A program made the position numbers and the translations under genes. The notes below the pieces were generated by a model. The model saw only the letters and a program-made list of their open reading frames with translations. It was not told the DNA's origin and did no database searches. Positions 9,773-20,337 of a stretch of DNA of 64,000 bases are shown in pieces. Each line of letters begins with the position of its first letter. Positions within the stretch are counted from its first letter, which is position 1. Source of the stretch: Staphylococcus phage AH12; the sequence record OR455461.1, one strand, 5' to 3'.

Positions 9773-12700
9773 TTGGCTAAAGATAAATTTAATACTAAGA
9801 AATTAGAAAGAGAGTTCAATAGGAACTCTTCTTCTAATTCTTCTAGAAAATATATTGATAATGAATTCAAAAAGAATTTAAATAGTATGAAATCAAACAA
9901 CATGAAAAAACTTATTGATAACAATAATCCTTTAAAAGCTATCAAAGAAGTTAAAGATAATAGAAAAGAACAATTTAAGAAATTAACTGAAACTGGAAAA
10001 GATTTGTCTAAAGAAGCTCTTAAAAGTACTAAAAGAACTTTAAAAACTGGTGAAACAATCATAGATAAAGAAGCTTTAAGTAAATCATCTAATTTAGATG
10101 GTGGAACAATGGGCATGGGCGATGATTTTGATTTCAGTAGCTTTGATGATCTTGATATGGGTGATGAAAATCTAGATAATGATGAAGTAGGAGATTTTTC
10201 TTTCGATGATTTTGATGAAGAAGAAAGTAATAAATCTGAAGTAATTTCATCAACAACAATAGTTAGTGATAATTCATCTTCAGCTAAATCTTCTGCTCTT
10301 TTAACTTCTTCTATATCTAATTTATCTCAAATTAATGCCACAGGTTTTAATAATTTGATGGAAACTCTTCATTATATGAGAGAAACTAATGATAATGTTA
10401 GAACGGATTTATTTGAAGGATTAACAGGTTTAATCAAAACTAGTAATGATATTAGAAGTAATACAACCGTAAAAAATATAAGTGAAATTAAAAATAGCAA
10501 TTCTTTAGAAGATTTGTTCTTATCTAATATAACTCTTTCTAATATATTAAGTGGTAGTAAAGAAACTGGTTTTAAAGATAAAGCTAAAGACTTTGCTAAA
10601 AAACAAGGTATTGAATTAATTAAAGATGTTATTGGGAGTAGGTCTAAAGGTATACAAGGTGGACTTTTAGATAGTGCTAAAGGCAAAGCTTTTGATATAC
10701 TAAACAGTGACAAACTTAGTGAAAAGCTAACAAATATGTCAACAGTATTTACTAAAGATGAAGATAAAAAAGGTAAGAAGAAAACCAATCGTGATTTCAT
10801 AGATAAACAGAAAAGCAAACTTATAGATAAATTATTTAATAATATAGATGGTGGAATTTCAACAGCAAATAAAAAGAATAAAAATGAAAAAGTAGCTTTT
10901 GATGTTGAAACCCATAGTACTATTAATACAGTTATTCCTGGTTATTTATCTAAAATAGTTGGTTTAACTTCTGAAGATGGTCAAGAAATTCACTATGATT
11001 ATGATTCAGGTTCATTTAAAACTTCTAAATCTATTAATGATGAAATTAAAAAATCTATAGATAGTACTATTGAAAGTTCTGAATTCTTCAAGAGAGTTGA
11101 AAGTAAAGCTAAAGATAAAAATATAGACTCTAAAGATTATAAATCATTAGTAAAGAATATTATTAGTGAAAATGTTAATAGTTCTAAAGATAGTGATAAA
11201 GTTAAAACTAAGTCATCTAATGTAAATAGTCTTTTAGAAGAGCTATTTGAAGATAAAGAAGTAAAAACTAGTTTAACTAAAGCTAGAATGCAATTGAATC
11301 AAAAATCTAAATCAATTAGAAAAAATCTTGGCGGAAGTACTATAAATGCAGTTAATGATAAAGGTCAAAAACCTAAGTCATATGCTTCTAAAGGTAACAA
11401 TGAATTTTCTGACATTAATTTTAATATTATCAATAGCGATATAAGTGAAATTAAAAATATTGTATCTAGAATAAATGATAAACTAGATGTAAGAAAAAAT
11501 AATCAACAATCTTCACAAAATGATAATAATAATATTGTATCTGGAGATAGTCAAAAACAAGATAGTAAATTTGATGAAATTAAAGAAAAATTGGATGATA
11601 TTAAAGATACTAAGTCTTCTAATTCTAATAATTCTTCTAATTCTAATAATGGAAATAATTTAAATAATAGAGATGAACAAAAATCTACTTTGATTCCAGA
11701 TAGTAATGAAGCTCATGCTTCTGAAGTAAGCAGACAACAAGAAGAAAAAGAAGATAATCCATTAAAAGATGAAATTAAAGATAAAATAGAAGAAAAAGCT
11801 AAAGATAAAATTAAAGATATTGATAAAGATAAACTTAAAAGAAAAGTATTAGATAGTAAAATGGCTAATACTAAAATTGGTAAAAGTGTTATAGGTGCTG
11901 GTGAATCACTTGCCGGTAAATTTGCTGCTGGTGGAGCTTTGTTATCTGGTGCTGGAAGAGGATTACGTTCTAAACTAAGAAATAAAGCTAAAGGTAAATT
12001 TGGTGCAAGTAAAGTTGGAAGTAAATTAATGGGATCTAGAGTTGGTAAAGGTATAGCTAAAGCTGGTTTGAAAGTAGGTTCAAGAGTAGGACTAGCTGCA
12101 ACTGGTGTAGGATTACCTTTATCTATACTATTGTCTGCTCCTGAAATAATGAGTACTATAGCACATCCGATTGAATCTCTTAAACATCCAATTAAAACTT
12201 TAGGAAGCTTTATAGGTTTTAATGATCACCCTGCAAAACAGAAAAAAGAACAAGAAAAATTAGATTCAGAACAACCTAATGGTGAAAATGCTAAATTTAG
12301 TGTTGATCCTTTAATTGATTCTAAATTAACTGGTGATAAAGATAGTTCTTCATTAATTGGAAGTTTTATTAAAGACAATCCTTTATTAGCTCAAGTTCCT
12401 TTAATGGGATTAGCTGGAGTTGGACTTTATAAAGGAATTGTAAAACCTGCTTTCGGTCTAGGTATGAATATGGTACAGAAAACTACTGGAATGGCTAAAG
12501 GATTTGGTGATTCTACTGATAGTATGATGGAAGAAAAATCTGGCGGTTTTGGTGGTTTAATTAAAAAAGCTGTAGGTGGAGCTTCAATGTTATTAATGGC
12601 ACCTTTAGCTATGGCTGGAAAAGGAATTAGTAACATGGTAGGAGCTACTTCTAATCTTATTCAAGGTGGAATAGGCTTAGCTAAAAACTTATCAGGATTC

Positions 12701-15523
12701 CTTGATGACAAATTTTCTTCTCATGAAGAAGATATGTCTAATCAAAGTCGTGAAATGGTAGAAGCTAGTAAAGAAGAATTAGGTTCTTATCAAGAAGGTA
12801 TTGAAGATCATGCATCTGAAAGAGCTAAAAAAGAAATGGCTGAAATGCAAGGAATGTCTGATAAAGCTAGTAAAGATGCTAAAAAACAAGTAGAAGATTC
12901 AACTAATAAAACTAAAGATAGTATCGAGAAAGATGTTAATGGAGTGATGAAAAATTCTCCTTTATCTATCATGGGTAAAATTAGTGAAAAAATGCATAAA
13001 ATGATGCCTAATAATTTAATGAGTAAACTTAAAAAAGCTCCTAAAAAATTGGCTGAAACTATGTTAAGATTATCTCCTTTCTATTCTTTATTAAGTAAAA
13101 AGAAAAAGAAAAAATCTAAAAAAGATATAACTGATCCTGATGGTGAAGTAGTAAACAAAATTGGTGATTGGTTTGATAAACTTGGCGGAATGATGAACGA
13201 TATTATGGCAGGATTCATGGCCGGTTCATCAGGAAGTTCTTCTTCAGAAGGATCATCTGATGGAGGAGCAGAAAGTGTTGATGGTAAAGATGTTGCATCT
13301 AAAGTATGGAATTTCTTTGCTGAAAAGGGGTTAGAAGATCATCAAATAGCAGGTATATTAGGTAACTTTGAACGTGAATCCAAAATGGATCCTGGTGCTG
13401 AACAAAACTCTGGATGGGTTGGAGGTAAAGGGCTAGCTCAATGGGATGACCGTAAAGATAATCTTAAAGCATTTGCTGAAAAGAAAGGTAAGAAATGGTC
13501 TGACCTTGATGCTCAGTTAGACTTCATGTGGTATGAACTTCAAGGATCTGAATCTGCTGCTTGGTCTGCTATTAAGAAAGCTAAAAATGTTGATGAAGCA
13601 ACAGTTGTATGGGAGAATTTATATGAACGTGCAGGAGTTAAAGTTATTCCTGAAAGACAATCAAACGCTAAAAAATGGTTAGATAAACTAGGGGGTTCAT
13701 CTAAGAAATCCACTAAAGCTAAAGGTGGAGGTTCTAGTACTGTTTATAGTGATACGAACGTTAATCAATTTGCAAATATGGTATCATCTACATCTAATAA
13801 AAATAAAAAAGTTGGAAAAACTGGTTTAGTTTTAGAAAAACCTACTATTACTGGTGGAGTTTATGGTAAAGGTGGAGGTGGAGGATCCGGTGGATCTGAA
13901 AAAGATAAAATTAAACAAGCTGTACAATGGGCAATAGCTCAAGACGGTGCAACATACTCTCAGTCAAATAGACAAGGTAAAAATTCATTTGACTGTTCTA
14001 GTTTAATTGCTCGTTCATTTAAAAAAGCTGGTTTAGAAATGGATATTAATGCTACCACTTTTACTTTTAGAGATGGTGGTACTAAATTTAGAAAAATAAG
14101 TAAAGGTACTAAGAAAAAAATTGGTGATATTACTTTATGTGATAACGATAACCATGTTACTATGTATATAGGTGGAGGAAAACAAGTTGAATCATATTAT
14201 GGTCATGGTGTTGCTGTAACTCCTGCAAATAAATACCAAAAAATGGGATTACAAATTGGTATTACAATGAGATATGGCGGCGGTGGTCCTGATGATACAG
14301 GCAAACCTCTAGATGGTAGTGATAAAATAGGTGGAAGCGATAATGAAGGAGGAGACTCTAACGGTTCTTCTGCTGGAGCTTCTGAATATAGTTTCAAAAA
14401 TGGTACTTGGTACGGTTCTATTACTGGTAGAGATGATAACCGTATGGATGAAGAAGAACAAGAAGCTTTAAATGATAGATTAATGAAACGTTATGCTAGA
14501 ATTTATGGAATTGACTATGAAGAAGCTAAGAAAATAGATGAAGAACAACAGGCTGAACTTAAAGCTAAAGCAGGTAAGGAAGCTACTGAATCTGGAGCTT
14601 CAAGTGGATCAAGTTCATCATCTGACGGTTCAGAAGGGTCATCTGGCAAAGATGGTTCTGATGGAAAAGATGGTAAAGACGGTTCATCACCTTCATATAG
14701 TTCTGGAGCTGATGGTGACAATCAATCATCTTCAGGAAGTCAAGGAAATGTTAATAATAACCAAAATAATTCTAGTATAATTAATAATGGAGGAAACAAT
14801 AGTTCTACGGTTATTAATAATAATTATAATAATGGTAAGCCTACAACTAATAATAACTCTATTACAAATCAAACTATACAAGGCAACAATAATACAGTAA
14901 GAAATATCTATAATATTACTAATAATTATAATAATTCTAAAGTAAATTATGAAAATAAAGGACCTATGAAAGTAGATCCACAAAAACGTATGGATTTAGA
15001 TAATATAATTAAACATACAAGTAATATTGATAAAAATACTGCCAAAATGTTAGAACAACTTAAAGATATGTCCTTTAAAGGTAAAAATATTAATAAAGAT
15101 GGAAATACAACAAATATTTCTAATACTATTATTAATAATAAAGGTGATTTAGTAGATTCTAAAGGTAATGTAATTATTAAAGATATTCAAAAAGAGCTTG
15201 AAAAAATTATTAAAGAAAATCCTAATATTATTAATAATGGTTCTAATGGTCAAAATGGTTCTAATGGATCTAATGGTTCTAATGGAAATAGTAACAATAA
15301 TAATGGAAATGATAATCAATCAAATCCTAATAATCCTAATGATCCAAACAATTCTAATAATCCAAATAATCCTAATGATCCAAATAATCCTTATACTCCT
15401 GATGGTTCAAGTCAAGATCCATCTACAGGTAATCAGGATTTACAAGAAGCAATTAGAGATTCTTATGGAGATAGATTTGTTATTGACGTTAGACCAGCTA
15501 TACCTGTTTTCTCAGGAAAATAA
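9773..15523 (+). CDS. giant multidomain virion protein, 1916 aa, with tail-lysozyme-like and NlpC/P60 domains; paralog of the preceding gene
   Basis: TTG start with a GGTGAG RBS. GILGNFERES...AQWD lysozyme-like block about 13290..13690. DCSSLIARSF...DNDNHVTMYIGG Cys/His NlpC/P60-type block about 13900..14270. Shares an EYSFKNGTWYGSITGRDD...KAKAGKEATESG module and an HPIESLKHPIKTLGSF module with gene 3788..9751. Confidence 0.75.
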   Translation: MAKDKFNTKKLEREFNRNSSSNSSRKYIDNEFKKNLNSMKSNNMKKLIDNNNPLKAIKEVKDNRKEQFKKLTETGKDLSKEALKSTKRTLKTGETIIDKEALSKSSNLDGGTMGMGDDFDFSSFDDLDMGDENLDNDEVGDFSFDDFDEEESNKSEVISSTTIVSDNSSSAKSSALLTSSISNLSQINATGFNNLMETLHYMRETNDNVRTDLFEGLTGLIKTSNDIRSNTTVKNISEIKNSNSLEDLFLSNITLSNILSGSKETGFKDKAKDFAKKQGIELIKDVIGSRSKGIQGGLLDSAKGKAFDILNSDKLSEKLTNMSTVFTKDEDKKGKKKTNRDFIDKQKSKLIDKLFNNIDGGISTANKKNKNEKVAFDVETHSTINTVIPGYLSKIVGLTSEDGQEIHYDYDSGSFKTSKSINDEIKKSIDSTIESSEFFKRVESKAKDKNIDSKDYKSLVKNIISENVNSSKDSDKVKTKSSNVNSLLEELFEDKEVKTSLTKARMQLNQKSKSIRKNLGGSTINAVNDKGQKPKSYASKGNNEFSDINFNIINSDISEIKNIVSRINDKLDVRKNNQQSSQNDNNNIVSGDSQKQDSKFDEIKEKLDDIKDTKSSNSNNSSNSNNGNNLNNRDEQKSTLIPDSNEAHASEVSRQQEEKEDNPLKDEIKDKIEEKAKDKIKDIDKDKLKRKVLDSKMANTKIGKSVIGAGESLAGKFAAGGALLSGAGRGLRSKLRNKAKGKFGASKVGSKLMGSRVGKGIAKAGLKVGSRVGLAATGVGLPLSILLSAPEIMSTIAHPIESLKHPIKTLGSFIGFNDHPAKQKKEQEKLDSEQPNGENAKFSVDPLIDSKLTGDKDSSSLIGSFIKDNPLLAQVPLMGLAGVGLYKGIVKPAFGLGMNMVQKTTGMAKGFGDSTDSMMEEKSGGFGGLIKKAVGGASMLLMAPLAMAGKGISNMVGATSNLIQGGIGLAKNLSGFLDDKFSSHEEDMSNQSREMVEASKEELGSYQEGIEDHASERAKKEMAEMQGMSDKASKDAKKQVEDSTNKTKDSIEKDVNGVMKNSPLSIMGKISEKMHKMMPNNLMSKLKKAPKKLAETMLRLSPFYSLLSKKKKKKSKKDITDPDGEVVNKIGDWFDKLGGMMNDIMAGFMAGSSGSSSSEGSSDGGAESVDGKDVASKVWNFFAEKGLEDHQIAGILGNFERESKMDPGAEQNSGWVGGKGLAQWDDRKDNLKAFAEKKGKKWSDLDAQLDFMWYELQGSESAAWSAIKKAKNVDEATVVWENLYERAGVKVIPERQSNAKKWLDKLGGSSKKSTKAKGGGSSTVYSDTNVNQFANMVSSTSNKNKKVGKTGLVLEKPTITGGVYGKGGGGGSGGSEKDKIKQAVQWAIAQDGATYSQSNRQGKNSFDCSSLIARSFKKAGLEMDINATTFTFRDGGTKFRKISKGTKKKIGDITLCDNDNHVTMYIGGGKQVESYYGHGVAVTPANKYQKMGLQIGITMRYGGGGPDDTGKPLDGSDKIGGSDNEGGDSNGSSAGASEYSFKNGTWYGSITGRDDNRMDEEEQEALNDRLMKRYARIYGIDYEEAKKIDEEQQAELKAKAGKEATESGASSGSSSSSDGSEGSSGKDGSDGKDGKDGSSPSYSSGADGDNQSSSGSQGNVNNNQNNSSIINNGGNNSSTVINNNYNNGKPTTNNNSITNQTIQGNNNTVRNIYNITNNYNNSKVNYENKGPMKVDPQKRMDLDNIIKHTSNIDKNTAKMLEQLKDMSFKGKNINKDGNTTNISNTIINNKGDLVDSKGNVIIKDIQKELEKIIKENPNIINNGSNGQNGSNGSNGSNGNSNNNNGNDNQSNPNNPNDPNNSNNPNNPNDPNNPYTPDGSSQDPSTGNQDLQEAIRDSYGDRFVIDVRPAIPVFSGK
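15232..15400 (+). repeat. coding micro-tandem repeats (NGS x n; NPNNPND x n)
   Basis: Repeats of aatggttct and aatcctaat(gat) at the 3' end of the gene. Confidence 0.5.
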
Positions 15524-15566
15524 TATTTTGATGCAACATAAATTTATAGTAAATAAATTAAATTGG

Positions 15567-15607
15567 GGATATGACATTTATTATGTGTCATATCCTCTTT
15601 ATTATTT
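15567..15607 (+). terminator. rho-independent terminator
   Basis: Stem GGATATGACA / TGTCATATCC followed by TCTTTATTATTT. Confidence 0.55.
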
Positions 15608-15625
15608 AAAAGGAAGTGAAATAAA

Positions 15626-17101
15626 TTGGCTGAAGAAAAAGATAAAAAAGAGTCTAAAGAACAAGAACCTTTAAAAGTTGCTGACGATGATATGGCTTTA
15701 ATACCTCAAGCTGATGAGAAAAAAGGTGATTATGACTATCATGAATATGATCCTACTCAAAAAGATACTGGTGCTTTTATGGATGCTTTGGGTAATCAAA
15801 GACAAGCAACTGAATATTTAACAGATAAAAATGCTAAAGATAAAAAACAATTAAGAAATGTTAAAGGTGAACTAGATGTATTTGGAATGCCTATGTACTA
15901 TTCTAGTTTAGATGATCCTAATAGAAGAATATATAAAAGAACATTTGAATTAGATTTACCTTTAGTATTTATAATGCCGGGTATGCCTAAATTAAATGGT
16001 AAATTATTTGGTAAACCAGGAGAAGGTAAATTATGGAGTTTTGGTGAAGGAATGGATAGATTAGTAAACTCTGGGTTATCTTTAGTTGGTATCGGTAATA
16101 CTAAAGATGGTCGTATGATAAGCTTTGAACCTAAAATGGCTGAATATTATAAATATGTACAAACTATGGCTTCTCAAGTTCATGCATCAATGGGATTAAA
16201 AGGATCATTTGATCTAGGTGGATCTCTACAAGATGATAAAAACTATGGACTAGCTTACTATGCAGATAAATCAACTAGTATATCAGAATCTGCAATGCAT
16301 GAATATAATCAATCTGATATTGCTTCTCAAGTTAATAATAAAAACCAAGAAATACGAGAACAAAAAGAAATGGCTCGTATTGGAGGAGCTTCTATTTTAG
16401 GTAAAATTACAAGATCTATTAAAGATAGTGTTAATGATATGGTAGCAAATATGCCAGTTATTGGTGGTATTGTAGGTAACTTTATGGAACATTTAGATGG
16501 TGCAAGTATGTACTATCCCGATGTATGGATGAACTCGACATTCGATAGAACTTATAATCTAGAATTTAAATTCTATAGTGCTTATGGAGATCCTCAATCT
16601 ATCTTTGATAATGTATATTTACCATTCTTGTCACTATTAGTTTTAGCATTACCATTACAAGACTCAATTTTCTCTTATAAGCAACCATTTATTATTAGAG
16701 CTAATTGTCCTGGTAGATTTGAATGTAACACAGGTATAATAACTTCAATGAATATAGTTCGTGGTGAAGAGGGTACATGGACTGCAGATGGTTTCCCAAG
16801 AGAAATTACTGTATCTATTAATATTAGAGATATGTATCCAAACTTAATGGCATCAAAATCATTCCAACGTATGAAATTTAACACAGGATTATTATCTTAT
16901 ATTGATTGCTTAGCCGGAATTAGAAGGGATCAACTATCTATTATTGATAAAGCTCAAATTAATATGAAAACTCAATACTCTAGAAGTATGCAGGTAATTA
17001 AAGGAAGAGTCTTTCAACAACAAATTGATGATGCAATCTATGGATATAAATCCCAATATAATCCTCATCCAAATAGCCCGGGATTGAATATGTTTACTTA
17101 A
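15626..17101 (+). CDS. hypothetical structural protein, 491 aa
   Basis: TTG start with an AAAGGAAG RBS. Lies in the tail/virion module downstream of the giant proteins. Confidence 0.55.
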   Translation: MAEEKDKKESKEQEPLKVADDDMALIPQADEKKGDYDYHEYDPTQKDTGAFMDALGNQRQATEYLTDKNAKDKKQLRNVKGELDVFGMPMYYSSLDDPNRRIYKRTFELDLPLVFIMPGMPKLNGKLFGKPGEGKLWSFGEGMDRLVNSGLSLVGIGNTKDGRMISFEPKMAEYYKYVQTMASQVHASMGLKGSFDLGGSLQDDKNYGLAYYADKSTSISESAMHEYNQSDIASQVNNKNQEIREQKEMARIGGASILGKITRSIKDSVNDMVANMPVIGGIVGNFMEHLDGASMYYPDVWMNSTFDRTYNLEFKFYSAYGDPQSIFDNVYLPFLSLLVLALPLQDSIFSYKQPFIIRANCPGRFECNTGIITSMNIVRGEEGTWTADGFPREITVSINIRDMYPNLMASKSFQRMKFNTGLLSYIDCLAGIRRDQLSIIDKAQINMKTQYSRSMQVIKGRVFQQQIDDAIYGYKSQYNPHPNSPGLNMFT

Positions 17102-17135
17102 TTTAAAATTAATATAACTGAAAGGAACTAAAATT

Positions 17136-19298
17136 ATGAAATTATATAGAATAGAAGAATTAATTGATAAACACAATTCTGGAGACATTGTAATAACTAA
17201 AATTAAAGATAATGAAAATAAAACTTTAATAGAAACTAAAACAAAGAAAAGTGATAAATTAATATTAAGAGTGAAATTCAATTCTGAGGAATATAATAAA
17301 TTTATATTTAATGAAGATAATACACTTGATATTTTAAAATCAGAAGATTATATCAAAAGTGAATATGGATTAGAGAATCCAACTTTTAGATTAGAGGATA
17401 TTTCTTCAGATATTTTAGTATATGAAGAAAGACCTTATGAAATTATCGGTGATTTAAAATATGACTTATTTACTATATTCTATAATTATTTAGGTAAAAC
17501 AGAGAGAATTTATGATACAAACTTCATAGGTAATATAGAATATGAAGATTTGTCTTTTAATAGTATAGAAAGAAAGGAAGTGAAAATAGAACCTTACCCA
17601 CCAATATATCAAGATAATAGAAAGTACCCTAAAGATTATGCTTATAATAGTAAAGTATTAAAAGAATCTGAAATTATAGATGGTTTAATACATGAAGGGT
17701 TATTAGATGATGGCAGGATATTTTATGATGCATATCTAGGTGATATATATAAAACAAGGGAAAGCATCTTTGATGGAGCTTATAAAAGAAAATCAGGATA
17801 TGATAGATTTCTTGGAGAAGGCTATGTAACTATTGAAGATGGAATATTGGAAATGAATATTTATATTCCTAAGTCTTCTTATTATGAAGTTAGATGTAAA
17901 AATGGAAACCACTTTAGTAATGGTACAGTAAACAAAGTATTTGTGGACAATGTAGGATACTATTTTAGATCTCCGACAGATAGGGAATTTATATGGAATA
18001 GATCTATATTAGAATTTTACAAAGATTCAGAAAATGAATTTTATGAAGAAGTACCATTGTATTTGGAAAAAGGAAAACATACGTTTAAATTTGAATACGA
18101 TAAAAGATTCTCTACTAAAAATAATGATATAGATATTCTTATACTTCGAGAGACTGAAGTTCCTAAATCTAAAAATCCTTTTTATATTAAAACTTATAAT
18201 GACTTCAAGATTGGTACTCGTACTATAATTCCAATGAGTGATTTTTATGTAGATAATGATTCACTAAATATGGGTACTGGAAATATCTTAGAAACTGTAA
18301 AGATAAATGGTAAATTAACTTCTATTGATGAAGTTAATAGAATGAACAATAAATTTACAATTTTAACAGGTACACTTAGAAATGAAATAACATTAACTGA
18401 ATCTGGAATGTACACATTCAATTTACTGTTTAGAAGAAAAAATGAGAATGAAGTTAATAATAAAAAAGAAGAAGCAATAATTAGTATAAATGGTAAGAAT
18501 TACTTAGCCAAAGTATATGAAGATCATAATGATTTATGTACATTGTCTTTATACAAGAGAAATACTGTTTTAGGTATAGATGATCGTATTAAAGAAGTAT
18601 ATCTAAAAAAAGAAAATGAAATTAAAATAACAGTACCCGATGAAAATAATTTTTTATTTGATTCATTGATAATAAATTCAAATACTATTGAAAAACATTC
18701 AAATGTCAATCCAAAAGCATTATTATATCCTAATATTAAAGATCATTATTTCATATTTAAGGATTATGTAGAAACAAATAATGATGATGAGTTAAATAAT
18801 ATTGATGGTGAAAAATCAAGATCATTCAGAAGTATTAGTGAATATATAGATACTGAAGATAATATTGAGTTTTATATAGAAAAACCTCCTATATATTACG
18901 CTATTAATGAATTTGATTATAATACTAGAAAATTGGAATTCGATATTAGGTATAAAAACCCAATACAAAATTTAGATATTTCTTTCCAAATAAAATCTCA
19001 TTATTTACCTAAAATTTTAATGATACATGATGATATGCAATTTGATAGATATATGATATTTAAACCTTATGTATTTGAATCCATTAAATATCTGAGTCAG
19101 GATTATACTTATGATGGTTATATTAGTAAATTTAATAAGTATGATGCTAAATTAGTTCCACTACAGAATTTTACTGAAAGTGAAATTGGTGAAACAATAT
19201 ACGATCTCGGAGAAAATTGGAAAAACAAATTATTGAATGAAACTGAGAATTTAGACATTATAACATTATGTCACATATATTCTAGAATAAATTATTAA
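17136..19298 (+). CDS. hypothetical structural protein, 720 aa
   Basis: ORF track entry with an AAAGGAA RBS. Last gene of the plus-strand unit, followed by a terminator. Confidence 0.55.
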   Translation: MKLYRIEELIDKHNSGDIVITKIKDNENKTLIETKTKKSDKLILRVKFNSEEYNKFIFNEDNTLDILKSEDYIKSEYGLENPTFRLEDISSDILVYEERPYEIIGDLKYDLFTIFYNYLGKTERIYDTNFIGNIEYEDLSFNSIERKEVKIEPYPPIYQDNRKYPKDYAYNSKVLKESEIIDGLIHEGLLDDGRIFYDAYLGDIYKTRESIFDGAYKRKSGYDRFLGEGYVTIEDGILEMNIYIPKSSYYEVRCKNGNHFSNGTVNKVFVDNVGYYFRSPTDREFIWNRSILEFYKDSENEFYEEVPLYLEKGKHTFKFEYDKRFSTKNNDIDILILRETEVPKSKNPFYIKTYNDFKIGTRTIIPMSDFYVDNDSLNMGTGNILETVKINGKLTSIDEVNRMNNKFTILTGTLRNEITLTESGMYTFNLLFRRKNENEVNNKKEEAIISINGKNYLAKVYEDHNDLCTLSLYKRNTVLGIDDRIKEVYLKKENEIKITVPDENNFLFDSLIINSNTIEKHSNVNPKALLYPNIKDHYFIFKDYVETNNDDELNNIDGEKSRSFRSISEYIDTEDNIEFYIEKPPIYYAINEFDYNTRKLEFDIRYKNPIQNLDISFQIKSHYLPKILMIHDDMQFDRYMIFKPYVFESIKYLSQDYTYDGYISKFNKYDAKLVPLQNFTESEIGETIYDLGENWKNKLLNETENLDIITLCHIYSRINY

Positions 19299-19304
19299 AA
19301 TATA

Positions 19305-19343
19305 TCCCCTAACACATTTATTTGTGTTAGGGGATTTTTATTG
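19305..19343 (+). terminator. rho-independent terminator
   Basis: Stem ATCCCCTAACACA / TGTGTTAGGGGAT followed by a T-run. Confidence 0.65.
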
Positions 19344-19349
19344 CTAAAA

Positions 19350-20156
19350 TTATTTAATATCTCCGTTACCTGAACCTGTAATTCCACCTTTGTTATAATC
19401 AAAGTCAGAAAGCTGAGCTCCTGCTTCTTTAGGTGCATTAGGATCAAACATACCTTGTTCAACGAAGCTGTATACTTCTTTAAGTTTAGACTTAGCGAAG
19501 TCATTTACACGAGCAGAGATTTCCATATTACCTGCGAAATCTTGTTCAATTTGAACTTCTTCGTGAGTTTCCATAGTATAGTTATGGTGATCAATGCTAA
19601 TACGAGTAGGCATAACAGCTGTATAGTAAGCAGCAAATTCAATATTATTTTTACTAGTGTTATTAGCATCAGGACGAGTTTGGATGTATAGTAATTCTCC
19701 TGTATGGTTCTTAGCAGCATATTCTAAGTTATGAATCTTAGGATAAGTAGCAATACCAGTACGAGGATCACGGATACCAGATACCCAATATTGATACATA
19801 TTTTTAATTGGACTACCAGAGAATTCTTGGTGAGTCATTTGGAAACCAGTGTTCCCTTTAGTGATAGACGCAGCAGTACGATAGTTATTACCGTTAAATG
19901 TATGCATATAATCATTTGTAGTTAATTCAATATTTTCTAAACCTTGGAATGATTTAAAGTTCTTTTGAGTCATAGCTTTAAATCCAGGGAATTGTTTTTC
20001 AACCCATGAAGGAACTTTAGTCCATACGATAAAGCTGTAACCAGTTACGAACGGATCAAACTCAAGAGTTTGTAAGTTCATATGGCCATTGTAGAACCAT
20101 TTATTTTTAGCGATGTTATTATCAAATACACGCTGATTCTTACTTGGTAAAATCAT
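19350..20156 (-). CDS. putative tail tube protein, 268 aa
   Basis: Lies immediately downstream of the sheath gene on the same strand, which is the usual sheath-then-tube order. Assignment is by position only. Confidence 0.45.
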   Translation of the reverse strand: MILPSKNQRVFDNNIAKNKWFYNGHMNLQTLEFDPFVTGYSFIVWTKVPSWVEKQFPGFKAMTQKNFKSFQGLENIELTTNDYMHTFNGNNYRTAASITKGNTGFQMTHQEFSGSPIKNMYQYWVSGIRDPRTGIATYPKIHNLEYAAKNHTGELLYIQTRPDANNTSKNNIEFAAYYTAVMPTRISIDHHNYTMETHEEVQIEQDFAGNMEISARVNDFAKSKLKEVYSFVEQGMFDPNAPKEAGAQLSDFDYNKGGITGSGNGDIK

Positions 20157-20274
20157 AGATTATTTTCTCCTTTTCATAAATATTTATCCATAATGATATA
20201 TAATAAAGAGTTTATATAAACTTCATATTAGTATAAATAATTATAAGATAATATCTTTTATATTTTAAAATTTA

Positions 20275-20315
20275 TATAAATAAAAAATAGGATACGACTT
20301 ACATTGTCGTATCCT
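20275..20315 (-). terminator. rho-independent terminator or attenuator after the sheath gene
   Basis: Stem AGGATACGAC / GTCGTATCCT with a T-run on the minus strand (A-run 20278-20288 on the plus strand). Confidence 0.5.
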
Positions 20316-20337
20316 ATAATGGGTTTATATTAAACTA

